A stretch of 64,000 nt of DNA from Alkalispirochaeta sp. (GTDB lineage: Bacteria; Spirochaetota; Spirochaetia; DSM-27196; Alkalispirochaetaceae): assembly GCA_965601925.1 (NCBI GenBank), contig OZ271854.1:4032001-4096000 (forward strand), read 5' to 3'. How positions within the stretch are numbered: position 1 is the stretch's first letter; every line of letters begins with the position of its first letter. The notes beneath the pieces are model-generated. The model worked only from the letters and a program-made list of their open reading frames with translations, did no database searches and was not told the origin of the DNA. Shown one piece after another: positions 48,320-58,078 of the stretch. The position numbers were made by a program, and so were the translations under genes.

Positions 48320-50612
48320 TCAAAGACTCCGGCAACGACTCGCGCGACTCGTCAGGCTTCCACGCGGCGAGATAGGCGTCCATTTCCTGAATGCGCCGAA
48401 TCGAAAGCAACTCTCCGGCAACTCGTCGCGCATCATCCAAGGTATATCCGGCCAGACGCCGCTTGGTATTCTCGATGCGGGGCGGCGCGACGCTTAGCTT
48501 GCGGATGCCAATACCGACGAAAAAGAGCATCAAAACCGGATCCGAGGCGGCGTCGCCGCACACCGAAATCATCGTCGATCCGTCGTCGACGCCGAGAGCC
48601 TCCTCCACGATGAAACTGATCGAACGCAGGACGGAGGGGTGATAGGTGCGGTAGAGGTGGCCGAGATGCTCGTTTGTGCGGTCCACGGCGAGGAGATACA
48701 TCGTGAGATCGTTAGTGCCGATCGAGAGGAAATCGGCCTCCGCGGCGAGTTCGGCCGAGGCCAGGGCGGCTGACGGAAGTTCGATCATCGCTCCGACGCG
48801 GGGATTCGGATTGTGCGCCACACCCCGTGCCGCGAGTTGCGCGGCCGCTCTCCTGATCTCCTCCTTGGCGTCCAACAACTCCTCCACGCCCGATACCATC
48901 GGGACCATGATCCCGAGATCGGCGTCGTGACCGGCGCGTAACATCGCACGGAGTTGCTCGCCGAACATTTCGCGATTGGCGAGGGAGAAGCGAATCCCGC
49001 GCACTCCCAGGAAGGGGTTGTCTTCGCGGTCGCCGCGCCCTTGCATCAACTTGTCGCCACCCAGATCGGCGGTTCGCAGGTCGACCGGCTTTCCCCGATG
49101 GCTCATCACGATCGAACGGTAGATGCGGTACTGCTGTTCTTCCGAGATGAAGTCATTTTTGAGGATAAAGGGAAATTCGGACCGATAGAGCCCGATACCC
49201 TCGGCGCCCTGGCCGCGCGCCTCGATCGCATCCTTGACGATATTGACGTTCGCGGCAATCATCACGCGGTGGTCGTCTGAGGTCTTTCCGCGGATGTGGA
49301 GCGCCCTCGGCGCCTCCACGCGGCGTGCGATACGGTGCTCCCACTCTTCGCGGACCGCGTCGGGAGGATCGATGAGAAGCGACGCTCCGTCGGCATCCAA
49401 TATCAGTGAAGCGCCGTCGCGGATCTTCAGGAGTGAGCGATCGTCGGTGATGAGGACCGGGATGCCCAACGACGAGGCGAGAATGCTGATGTGGGCGGTG
49501 ACCGTTGCTCCATACAACACCACCCCGGCGACTCCCTCCGCAGCGAGACGCGCAAGTTCCGAAGGATAGATGTGGCGCGCCAACGCGATTCGACCGCTCC
49601 ACGAGAAGTGGCGGCCCCCGGGGGCATCGAGATTCGTGACGAGGCGGTATCCCAAATCGCGCACGTCGTGAGCCTTCTCGGCGATACGCGCCTCGGACAT
49701 GGCCGAAAATCGGTCGGCGTAGTATTCCACAACGTGTCGGATTGCCGCGGCCGCGCCGGTGCCCTCCCCGATGCGCTCGCGCATACGCCCCGTAAAACTG
49801 CGGTCCCGGAGCATCAGGAGATGGGCGCCGAAGATAAGCGAGCCGACCTCCGACAACCCGGACGTCTCGCCGTCCGCAAGCTCGGTAAGTTGCGCCAGGG
49901 AAATCTCCAGCGCGGCGTCGAACTTCGCAAGCTCGCGCTCGGTCGATTCGATACTCGCGTCCGAGACCGCGTCGGCCTCGTGAGCCGACCAAAACAGGAG
50001 CGCCGCGCCGGTCGTTGCGCCGCCGGAAGCGCGTTGGCCCTTCACTTCCCGATGCGTCGCCTCGGAACGCGCAAGGGAGTCTACCAGTACGGAGCCGTCT
50101 TCCAATAGGTCCCCGAATCGCGTGGCGAGCCGCATGACCTCAAAATCCGAGAGCTCGTCGAATGTGTCGAGACGGCGGTCGGCAAGCACCAATACGGCCA
50201 CCTGCTGCGTTCCGCGCGCCATGGGTACGACGAGCTTTGAGCCGATCGTACCCGAAGGACCGACCGAGTCGGCTCCCGCCGCTCCTTCATCCCCCTCCTT
50301 CTTCCAGCGAACGACGCGGCTCTCGGAAAACGCTCGTCCGACGACCGAGGTCTCTATACTGAAGTGGCGTCCCCCTTCGGAAGTCTTGCAGTGGGCGTGA
50401 TCCCATATACCGTCGGGATCGACACCGGCGCGAAACACCAAGCTCCGGCTCGCGGCGTCGTGGACGAATATCGCGACCATATCTATTTCGAGAGCGGCAC
50501 GAATGTGCGCAGCGATATCACGCACGAACCGGTCCTGCGCCGCCGTATCTTCAAACAGGGCGGCCAGGCGGTCTATTTCACCGGCCAGACTCTGAGGAAT
50601 CGTAGTACCCAT
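48291..50612 (-). CDS. ptsP: GAF-domain phosphoenolpyruvate-protein phosphotransferase (EI-Ntr/PtsP-like)
   Basis: N-terminal GAF; IFGAHLLML, TAHISILA phospho-His, GIGLYRSEF, EDNPFLGVRG, SIGTNDL, VCGD. Start approximate; 29-bp convergent overlap with the upstream gene. Confidence 0.85.
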   Translation of the reverse strand: MGTTIPQSLAGEIDRLAALFEDTAAQDRFVRDIAAHIRAALEIDMVAIFVHDAASRSLVFRAGVDPDGIWDHAHCKTSEGGRHFSIETSVVGRAFSESRVVRWKKEGDEGAAGADSVGPSGTIGSKLVVPMARGTQQVAVLVLADRRLDTFDELSDFEVMRLATRFGDLLEDGSVLVDSLARSEATHREVKGQRASGGATTGAALLFWSAHEADAVSDASIESTERELAKFDAALEISLAQLTELADGETSGLSEVGSLIFGAHLLMLRDRSFTGRMRERIGEGTGAAAAIRHVVEYYADRFSAMSEARIAEKAHDVRDLGYRLVTNLDAPGGRHFSWSGRIALARHIYPSELARLAAEGVAGVVLYGATVTAHISILASSLGIPVLITDDRSLLKIRDGASLILDADGASLLIDPPDAVREEWEHRIARRVEAPRALHIRGKTSDDHRVMIAANVNIVKDAIEARGQGAEGIGLYRSEFPFILKNDFISEEQQYRIYRSIVMSHRGKPVDLRTADLGGDKLMQGRGDREDNPFLGVRGIRFSLANREMFGEQLRAMLRAGHDADLGIMVPMVSGVEELLDAKEEIRRAAAQLAARGVAHNPNPRVGAMIELPSAALASAELAAEADFLSIGTNDLTMYLLAVDRTNEHLGHLYRTYHPSVLRSISFIVEEALGVDDGSTMISVCGDAASDPVLMLFFVGIGIRKLSVAPPRIENTKRRLAGYTLDDARRVAGELLSIRRIQEMDAYLAAWKPDESRESLPESLISIASPATR

Positions 50613-50828
50613 CGAGTGTAAGCTACTCAGAGCGGACAAAACGTTCAAGGAGCGCTGCCGACGCCGGCCGCGGTCGTGCGCCGTACGAGTTCGATGTGCG
50701 TCATACCGGCCGGAAGCGCCCGGACGCCGTTGCGGATGAGCACGCTTGCGGGTACGATGCGTATCGGCGTCATCTCTCGATAGAAAACGAAAAATGCATA
50801 TCATTGATACCATGGGAAAGGAACAACT

Positions 50829-52994
50829 ATGAAGCGCGTGAACACTCGGCGACGAATCATCGGCCTGTTCGTACTACTCTCGGTCAGTGTAATGGGTGTG
50901 TTCGGTATTATCTCTCTCATGTTCCGAGACCTCGACGGGTTGGCGGCGGCGGTCAACGTTTCGGGAAGCCAGCGAATGCGGACGATTCTCCTCAGCGGCC
51001 TCGCAATCGAGTATTACCAGACGCTTCTGGAAGACGAACTCGACGGGGGAAATCGAGACGGAGAGCGCGATGCCCTCGTCGCCGCGGCCGATCGGGAGCT
51101 CGAGATCTACGACGCCTTCCTAACCGGCCTGCAGAACGGCGATGCGGAACGCACCATTATTCGCATCGACGACGCGGAAATCCAGGAGAAAATCGCTGCG
51201 TGGAGCACGCGATGGGAGCCCTTTCGACGGGACATCGTCGAGATACTTCGGTCGACGAACCCGGAAGAGATCGCGCGCCAAGCCCGCGAAGTCGACATCC
51301 TGACGGCGGACGCGCTCCGTCGCGAAATCAACGTGATCGTCGGCGATATTCAAGGCCTCGCCGATAGTGCGCTTGCGCGTATTTCGCTCATGTTCTCCGT
51401 GATCACCGGGGTGATCGTTCTACTCTCGGTGGTCGCGATATTGATGATACACCGCTCCCTTGCCCCACTCGGTCCGTTGGTAAAGCGGGTCGGCACATTG
51501 GGTGACGGAGACTTAAGTACATCGGTCGAGATCGATCGGCGCGACGAGATCGGAGAGCTCGGCGCGGGGTTCAACGGAGCGGTTGAGTCCTTTCGTGCGC
51601 TGCTCGAACGGGTGCAAAAGCGGACGTCGCAGAACGAGGAGGTCAACAGCGACCTTACGGCGCGTCTGGGTGTGACGCTGGGCGCCGCGGGGCGCATATC
51701 GCGCAACGCCGATCGGACGGATCGCAACTTCGAAGAGTTGGCCGCCTCGATCGAGACGGCGTCGCAGAACATGCAACGCATCAATACGCTCATCAGCGGA
51801 TTCTCAGAGAAGACCGCGGAGCAATCGAGTGCCGTGAGCCAGGCCACCTCGGCGATGGAGGAGATGTCGGCCTCCATCCAAAGCGTCAACCGTATCACCG
51901 CGGAGCGCATTTCGGGTTCCCAGGAACTCACTACGTTGATCGAGCGGGGAAGCGCGACGTGGTCCTCGACGATTTCGATGGTAGAGGCGATCGGAGCGCG
52001 TATGGACAGCATCCAGGAGATGATCGGCGTCATCAACGATGTGGCGGACCGCACCAACCTCTTGGCGATGAACGCGGCAATTGAGGCGGCCCACGCCGGG
52101 GAGTCGGGAAAAGGCTTCGCCGTTGTTGCGGCGGAAATCAGAAACCTCGCCGAATCGACGGCACAGAGCGCCAGACAGATCTCGGTCACCCTGCGCGAGC
52201 TGGTCGAACAGAGCGCCGCCGCGGTCTCATCCAGCTCCGAGAGCGGTGCCGCCTTCGAGCGCATTCGCGGCGGTGTCACCGAAACGGTGGGATCGTTCCG
52301 GGAGATCGGTCACAGCATGGAGGAGTTGAGCCTGGGCAGTACCCAAGTCGTTGAGGCGGCGGAGTCGCTCTTGGCTCTGGCCCAGACGATGCGGGACGAC
52401 GCGGTAAGCATGACCGACGACGCCGAGCGGACCGACGAAACCCTCGTCGCACTCACGAAGGCGTCGAAACACGTTCGTGACAACATGTCCACCATCAAGC
52501 ATGAGGTAAAAGAGGTGAACTTTGCGGTGGCGGAGATGAGCGAATCGGCGATGAAAAACATTCAGGGCGTCCAGGGCCTCATCGAGCAAATGGACACCTT
52601 CCGTATCTCCGAAGACGTTACGCGAGCATCCGTGATCGCCAAGGAGCGCGCGAACGTATCGCGAATTATCGCTACCCACGCCGATTGGGTGGCACGGGCC
52701 CGGGCATTCCTGGACGGTAAGCTCGATATCGATCCCACGACCCTTCTCGACCACCGGAGCTGTCAGTTGGGGAAATGGTTATCGGGACCCGGTAAGGACA
52801 TCGTCCGACGCTACGCCGATTACGACGCCCTCGATAGCGCGCACCAAGCGCTCCACGAAACGCTGAGAGTCATCGTCAACGGAACGGCGGCCGAGGCGGT
52901 GGAGGACGAGTATCGACGGCTTATCGACCAATCACAGGAGATCATCGCCATACTGTCGGACGTACGCACCGGTGTAGCGCAATCATCGAGCTGA
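50829..52994 (+). CDS. Methyl-accepting chemotaxis protein with PilJ/NarX-like sensor and C-terminal CZB
   Basis: [13 protein letters not shown]-box after TM1; [21 protein letters not shown]-terminal HADW..CQLGKW..HQALH. Confidence 0.92.
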   Translation: MKRVNTRRRIIGLFVLLSVSVMGVFGIISLMFRDLDGLAAAVNVSGSQRMRTILLSGLAIEYYQTLLEDELDGGNRDGERDALVAAADRELEIYDAFLTGLQNGDAERTIIRIDDAEIQEKIAAWSTRWEPFRRDIVEILRSTNPEEIARQAREVDILTADALRREINVIVGDIQGLADSALARISLMFSVITGVIVLLSVVAILMIHRSLAPLGPLVKRVGTLGDGDLSTSVEIDRRDEIGELGAGFNGAVESFRALLERVQKRTSQNEEVNSDLTARLGVTLGAAGRISRNADRTDRNFEELAASIETASQNMQRINTLISGFSEKTAEQSSAVSQATSAMEEMSASIQSVNRITAERISGSQELTTLIERGSATWSSTISMVEAIGARMDSIQEMIGVINDVADRTNLLAMNAAIEAAHAGESGKGFAVVAAEIRNLAESTAQSARQISVTLRELVEQSAAAVSSSSESGAAFERIRGGVTETVGSFREIGHSMEELSLGSTQVVEAAESLLALAQTMRDDAVSMTDDAERTDETLVALTKASKHVRDNMSTIKHEVKEVNFAVAEMSESAMKNIQGVQGLIEQMDTFRISEDVTRASVIAKERANVSRIIATHADWVARARAFLDGKLDIDPTTLLDHRSCQLGKWLSGPGKDIVRRYADYDALDSAHQALHETLRVIVNGTAAEAVEDEYRRLIDQSQEIIAILSDVRTGVAQSSS

Positions 52995-53129
52995 AGGCGT
53001 CGTTCCCCGGCCGAGCGTGCGGATGGGAGCCCTTCTCGGATGAGCCGTACCGGAACGACGAGGAGGGACGTTGATACGATAGCCGCCCGCGAAACGGATT
53101 CCGGTCGCATCGCGCGCGCGGCGCATGGG

Positions 53130-53729
53130 CTATTTTTGCGGCTTGTCGCCCTTGGTCCAACGATCGGCTGCCGAGGTGTATACCGGGTAGGCGCTCCAGG
53201 CGCCTTCGGCGTCTTGCTCGGCTACGTACGCGATCAAGCTATCCTCGTCCGAGGTGACGCTCATCTCAACTTCGAAGTTCCAAAGTTGCGTTCGGCTACT
53301 GCCGCGGTTATCGGTCGCCGTTCTCTGAGGTAGGTTATACGTGTACGCAATGTCACCAAGATAGACGATACTTGCCGGTCGTACGTCAAAATCAATACCG
53401 ACCGGACGAGAAACGGTGTACGTTATATCCGCAACGTCGGCCTCATATTCGTATCGAACGAGTCTATAAGACGCGCCGCCCTCGGCTGCAAACGAAACGT
53501 ATCCGTCGCTGGTCAGTACCCGGTGCGTCTGTCCGGTATCCCGATTTTCGAACTCCAATCGTACGCCTCTCGTGATCGTTCGAGGCCCCAGATTGAAGAA
53601 GCCGTCGGGATAGTCGAGCACGACGTTGGCCACAACGAGCGAATCCGTGTCGCTCTGCGGAGCGGGAAAGGTGGAGCAGGCCGAGAGCACTGCCACAATA
53701 CCGAGACCGATAGCAATACATCGTTTCAT
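53130..53729 (-). CDS. Hypothetical lipoprotein
   Basis: MKRCIAIGLGIVAVLSAC lipobox; beta-rich, IVYLGDI; RBS GGAG. Confidence 0.7.
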   Translation of the reverse strand: MKRCIAIGLGIVAVLSACSTFPAPQSDTDSLVVANVVLDYPDGFFNLGPRTITRGVRLEFENRDTGQTHRVLTSDGYVSFAAEGGASYRLVRYEYEADVADITYTVSRPVGIDFDVRPASIVYLGDIAYTYNLPQRTATDNRGSSRTQLWNFEVEMSVTSDEDSLIAYVAEQDAEGAWSAYPVYTSAADRWTKGDKPQK

Positions 53730-53834
53730 ACGCGTTTCTCCCATTGAGCAAATACTGTAAAGGATTTGTCCAATACAATATCACACCGGGAGAAAACACG
53801 CTACTCTTTTGCGCCCGAGTATCGAGCACCCACG

Positions 53835-55490
53835 CTACGCGTGGGCTCGGTTGTATGCACTGACCAAGGCGTTAATTCCCGCGGTATCGATGGAGGCGTG
53901 GATGCCCGCCCCCCACACCGTTCCGCCGCCGTGGAGCTCGATCTGGACGTAGGCAACCGCCTCGGTATCCGCGCCGCTCCCGATGGCGTGCTCGTGGAAA
54001 TCGACCAGATCGAAGTCCTTCCACCCCCGTCCCTCCAGGGCGTGGACAACAGCGCTGATCGGACCGTTGCCCTCCCCGTGTATCGCCGTATCCGTGCCGT
54101 CGTATCGCACGGTCGTGTCACAAACCATCCGTCCGTCGTCGAGGTACGAAAAGGACATCTTGCCCATCTCCAGCGGTGTGCGACGCTGGAGAAACTCGCG
54201 ATTGAACGCCTCGTAGATCTCGTGATTGGTAAGTTCCCGCCCTTGCTCGTCGGCGATCTTGTTGATGAGCGTACCCAGGTCGGGATGCATCGACTTGGGA
54301 AGCTCAAACCCGAAGTCCCGCGACATCACGTAGGCGACGCCGCCCTTCCCGCTTTGGCTGTTAATGCGCACGATGGCGTCGTAGGTGCGCCCGATATCCT
54401 TGGGGTCTATGTGAAGATACGGCACTTCCCACGGTGCGTCGGGGTCGTTGGTTGCCCCTCGACGGTCCATACCCTTCTTGATCGCGTCCTGGTGGGAACC
54501 GGAGAAGGCGGTGAAGACGAGCTCCCCCGAGTACGGCTGACGCTGCGGCACGCCCATCCGAGTGCATCGCTCGTACACCCGGCGAATCTTCGGCAGGTCG
54601 GAGAAGTCCAATCCGGGATCGATTCCGTCGGCCATACGATTGAGCGCGACGGTCACGATATCGAGGTTTCCCGTGCGTTCGCCGTTACCGAAGAGCGTGC
54701 CCTCCACCCGGTCGGCGCCGGCCATCAAGCCGAGTTCGGTCGCCGCTACCCCGGTGCCGCGGTCGTTGTGAGTGTGGAGGCTGATGATCGCCAGATCGCG
54801 GTGTTTCATGGTACGACAGAACCACTCGATCTGATCCGCGTGGCGGTTGAAGGGGATCCACTCCACCGTGTCCGGGAGGTTCAGAATAATCTTATTCTCC
54901 GGGGTGGGGTCCCAGACCTCCATGACCGCCTCGCACACCTCCAGCGCGTAGTCGGTCTCGGTATCGGAGAAGCTCTCGGGTGAATACTCAAACCGTACGT
55001 CGGTCCCCTTCAGGGTCGGGGCCAACGACTTCACCAGCTTCGTTCCATTTACGGCGATCGCCTTGATCTCTTCGCGGTCCATCCCGAAGGTCACCTTGCG
55101 CTGCAACGCCGAGGTGGAGTTATACAGGTGCATGATGACCTTCGACGCCCCTTGTACGCTCTCGAAGGTTCGGCGGATGAGGTGGTCCCGCGCCTGGGTG
55201 AGCACCTGGATGTACACGTCGTCGGGGATGCGTTTTTCATCGATGAGGGTCCGCACGAAATCGAACTCGATCTGTGACGCCGACGGAAAACCGACCTCGA
55301 TCTCCTTGAATCCCACCTCCACGAGAAGGTCGAACATCTCAAGCTTTTCCTTGACGCTCATGGGAACGGCCAACGCTTGGTTGCCGTCGCGGAGGTCTAC
55401 ACTGCACCACGCCGGGGACGCGGTGATGCTCGCGCTCGGCCAGCTGCGATCGGCGAGCTCAACGGTTTGAAAGGGCTTGTACTTCGGCAT
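53835..55490 (-). CDS. leuA: 2-isopropylmalate synthase
   Basis: WCSVDLRDGNQAL, EYSPESF, HTHNDRG, GNGERTGN, AFSGSHQDAI, regulatory domain GNGPI. Confidence 0.97.
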   Translation of the reverse strand: MPKYKPFQTVELADRSWPSASITASPAWCSVDLRDGNQALAVPMSVKEKLEMFDLLVEVGFKEIEVGFPSASQIEFDFVRTLIDEKRIPDDVYIQVLTQARDHLIRRTFESVQGASKVIMHLYNSTSALQRKVTFGMDREEIKAIAVNGTKLVKSLAPTLKGTDVRFEYSPESFSDTETDYALEVCEAVMEVWDPTPENKIILNLPDTVEWIPFNRHADQIEWFCRTMKHRDLAIISLHTHNDRGTGVAATELGLMAGADRVEGTLFGNGERTGNLDIVTVALNRMADGIDPGLDFSDLPKIRRVYERCTRMGVPQRQPYSGELVFTAFSGSHQDAIKKGMDRRGATNDPDAPWEVPYLHIDPKDIGRTYDAIVRINSQSGKGGVAYVMSRDFGFELPKSMHPDLGTLINKIADEQGRELTNHEIYEAFNREFLQRRTPLEMGKMSFSYLDDGRMVCDTTVRYDGTDTAIHGEGNGPISAVVHALEGRGWKDFDLVDFHEHAIGSGADTEAVAYVQIELHGGGTVWGAGIHASIDTAGINALVSAYNRAHA

Positions 55491-55527
55491 TTGTCTCCTC
55501 CTCGTGCCGTGTGGTTGTGCGACGCAC

Positions 55528-55568
55528 AAAAAAAGCCCGCTATCGAGGGACCTCAATAGCGGGCTTTC
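55528..55568 (-). terminator. Attenuator terminator upstream of leuA
   Basis: Minus strand AAAGCCCGCTATTGAGG-tc-CCTCGATAGCGGGCTTTTTT. Confidence 0.85.
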
Positions 55569-55591
55569 GCCGACGCTCAGGCGGACGCGAC

Positions 55592-55699
55592 CTACGGTCG
55601 TGTACGCCGATCAAGCTCCCTACGGGCGGATACCCCGGATAGACCGAGATGTAGACTTAGTAGGGAGATGGTGTACGGTCGGCAGTGCGGCAAACTCAT
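55592..55699 (-). CDS. leu operon leader peptide (35 aa)
   Basis: MSLPHCRPYTISLLSLHLGLSGVSARRELDRRTRP; Leu cluster CTA CTA agt CTA cat CTC ggt CTA uses rare CTA codons; lies just upstream of the terminator. Confidence 0.75.
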   Translation of the reverse strand: MSLPHCRPYTISLLSLHLGLSGVSARRELDRRTRP

Positions 55700-55707
55700 T
55701 GTCGACA

Positions 55708-55736
55708 ACAGTAGTCCGGTATATGGCGGATGTCAA
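55708..55736 (-). promoter_or_regulatory. sigma70 promoter of leu leader/leuA
   Basis: TTGACA(55736-55731)-17 bp-TACTGT(55713-55708). Confidence 0.7.
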
Positions 55737-56257
55737 GCACATTTCCGAGAAAATCGGTCCCGGACCGTCTGTGGCGCGAGAGATATCAAAGGGCGGGCGA
55801 TAACCGGACGCGACGGAAACGTTGTGCGGTGCTTACGGTGCCTTGCCCGCGTGCAGCCGGCGCGCTTGGCATGTTCGTTGGCACGTTCTGCGGGACGTTC
55901 AACGCCGAGAAAGCGGTACATTGACACCGCAACATCTTAGAGCGGACAAGCTCGAGACCCTCAAGGCGGAGCTGGAGCGCGATCACTCGATTCGTGCCAC
56001 GGTGGGGGAAAACTAAGCGTAATCTCCGGTTTGACCCTTTTCCAGCGCGCAATGATGGCCACGCTTCCGATTACGCCGAAGCGCACGCTTCTGAAACAGA
56101 TTCGCCGGATGCAGAAGATCACGGGGTAGCTCAACGACCACCGGGTTGCAGTACACGAACGAGTGGTTGCAGGAGGTGGGAATATCGGGTTGGGGTCTTC
56201 CCTTTTGCGGTGATATGCTACGCGAGTCCACCCGCGCAGGGCGGGTAAGGAGGGGCG

Positions 56258-57607
56258 ATGGCAAGCTACGACCGGCGAGACGATTTTCCCGCGGACTTTC
56301 TCTGGGGCGTGGCGACTGCGAGCTACCAAGTGGAGGGCGCCGTAGATGAAGACGGACGCAAGCCGTCGATCTGGGATACCTACTGTCGCACGCCGGGGAA
56401 GATAGCCCATGGTCACACCGGCGACGTGGCGGCGGACCAGTACCACCGCTACCGAGAGGATGTAGAGCTCATGGGGCAACTTGGCGTCGGGGCGTACCGT
56501 TTCTCCATGGCGTGGCCGCGGATCATCCCCGACGGCCGCGGAGCGGTCAACGAGCGCGGCCTCGACTACTACAAACACCTCATCGGTGCGCTCCGGGAGG
56601 CGAGCATCGAGCCGGTGGTGACACTCTACCACTGGGACCTACCGCAATCGTTGGAGGATGGCGGCGGCTGGCGCAACCGCGAGACGGCTTACGCCTTTGC
56701 GGAGTATGCAGCGGCGTGCTTCGACCACTTTCCCGAGGTGACGCGGTGGATCACTCTCAACGAGCCGTATTGCAGCTCGGTGTTGGGCTACTATATAGGC
56801 CGCCACGCCCCGGGGCTCCGGGACCACGATGCGGCGATGGGGGCGCTCCACCACCTCCTGCTGGGCCACGGTCTGGCGGTAGAGCGCTTTCGGGGACGGG
56901 ACGGCGAGATCGGCATCACCCTCAATATGACCACCCCGCGCCCCGCCACGGCGAATCCCCGTGACGTCCATGCGGCAGATCGTGCCGCGGACCTCACGAC
57001 GCGCATGTTCCTCGATCCTCTCTTCGGCCGCGGATATTGCGACCGCTACCTCGAGACCTACAACCTCACCATGCCGGTGCAGTCGGGCGACCTCGATATC
57101 GTCGCTTCCCCGATCGATTTTCTGGGGATCAACTACTATTGGGAGGATGCGGTACGCCACGACTCCGACCATCCCGAAGGGTTCGGCGTGGCACCGACCT
57201 ACCACGAGCGCACCACCCGCGAGTGGCCGGTGACTCCCGAAGGCCTCATACGCCACCTGCGCCGGGTCCGCGAGACGACCGGCGACCTCCCCCTCTACAT
57301 CACCGAGAACGGTATGTCCTTGGACGATACCCTCACCGACGGCGCTACGGCGTGCAACGACCGGCGACGCATCGACTATCTGGCGACGCACTTGGCGGTG
57401 TGCCGCCGAGCGATCGACGAGGGCATACCGCTCAAGGGGTACTTTCTGTGGAGCTTCATCGATAACTTCGAGTGGTCCTTCGGGTACGAGAAGCGCTTCG
57501 GTATCGTCTACTGCGACTTCACCGACGGTCGCCGAGTGCCTAAGGACAGCTTTTACTACTATCGCGATGTGATCGCCGGAACCGAACCGGTGGGAAATCC
57601 CGGGTAG
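56258..57607 (+). CDS. GH1 beta-glucosidase
   Basis: FLWGVATASYQVEG, TLYHWDLP, TLNEP acid/base, ITENG nucleophile, DNFEW. Confidence 0.96.
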   Translation: MASYDRRDDFPADFLWGVATASYQVEGAVDEDGRKPSIWDTYCRTPGKIAHGHTGDVAADQYHRYREDVELMGQLGVGAYRFSMAWPRIIPDGRGAVNERGLDYYKHLIGALREASIEPVVTLYHWDLPQSLEDGGGWRNRETAYAFAEYAAACFDHFPEVTRWITLNEPYCSSVLGYYIGRHAPGLRDHDAAMGALHHLLLGHGLAVERFRGRDGEIGITLNMTTPRPATANPRDVHAADRAADLTTRMFLDPLFGRGYCDRYLETYNLTMPVQSGDLDIVASPIDFLGINYYWEDAVRHDSDHPEGFGVAPTYHERTTREWPVTPEGLIRHLRRVRETTGDLPLYITENGMSLDDTLTDGATACNDRRRIDYLATHLAVCRRAIDEGIPLKGYFLWSFIDNFEWSFGYEKRFGIVYCDFTDGRRVPKDSFYYYRDVIAGTEPVGNPG

Positions 57608-57788
57608 CGCGACGAGCCCGGAAGAGCGCACGGTCGCGCTCAGACAGGCGCACGGTCGCGTCTGGAAAGACGCACGGTCGCGTCTGGGTGGCGACCGGGA
57701 GCGCGTTGCGATACCGTGGCTCTATGAGCTCGACATTCATCGTCGACGTCGGCGGCGCTGCGATCCACGGCGAACGGACCGGTGCGGG
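57576..57788 (+). repeat. Left copy of an imperfect direct repeat (partner at 59924-60093), containing three 22-bp tandem units
   Basis: Shared CGAACCGGTGGGAA..CCCGGGT, CGGTCGCGCTCAGACAGGCGCACGGTCGCG and GTGGCTCTATGAGCTCGACATTCATCGTCGA..CACGGCGAACGGACCGGT; 22-bp units at 57626, 57648, 57670. Confidence 0.88.
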
Positions 57789-57804
57789 CACGTTGCCCTC
57801 TTGA
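57724..57804 (+). pseudogene. 5' remnant of the downstream alpha/beta hydrolase gene
   Basis: MSSTFIVDVGGAAIHGERTGAGTLPS* versus MSSTFIVEVNGATIHGERTGTGPTL at 60029. Confidence 0.85.
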
Positions 57805-58078
57805 ACTTCTCCCTGAACCGTCACAGTAGAAGAGGGAGAAGATCACCTCCGCGACAACACGATGTCTTTCATAGCTTCAGCGGGCGATGCGCGCTTCGAG
57901 CCCCAACGCTCACCGGTGCCCATCGTACTGGTTTGTATGGGCTACGCTCTTAGTATTCATAAAAAAACGTTGTGAAGTGGCGAATATCGTGTTACGTACA
58001 TAGAAGTACTCTTTCAGGATTATGTCGAAATCATAGGTGCCGTGAGGCACCGATTATATCGCAAGAAGGAGTGTACCC

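Noticed and set aside
55822..56248. Short ORFs between the leu promoter and bgl
   Set aside because: No convincing RBS or recognisable motif; possibly decayed sequence.
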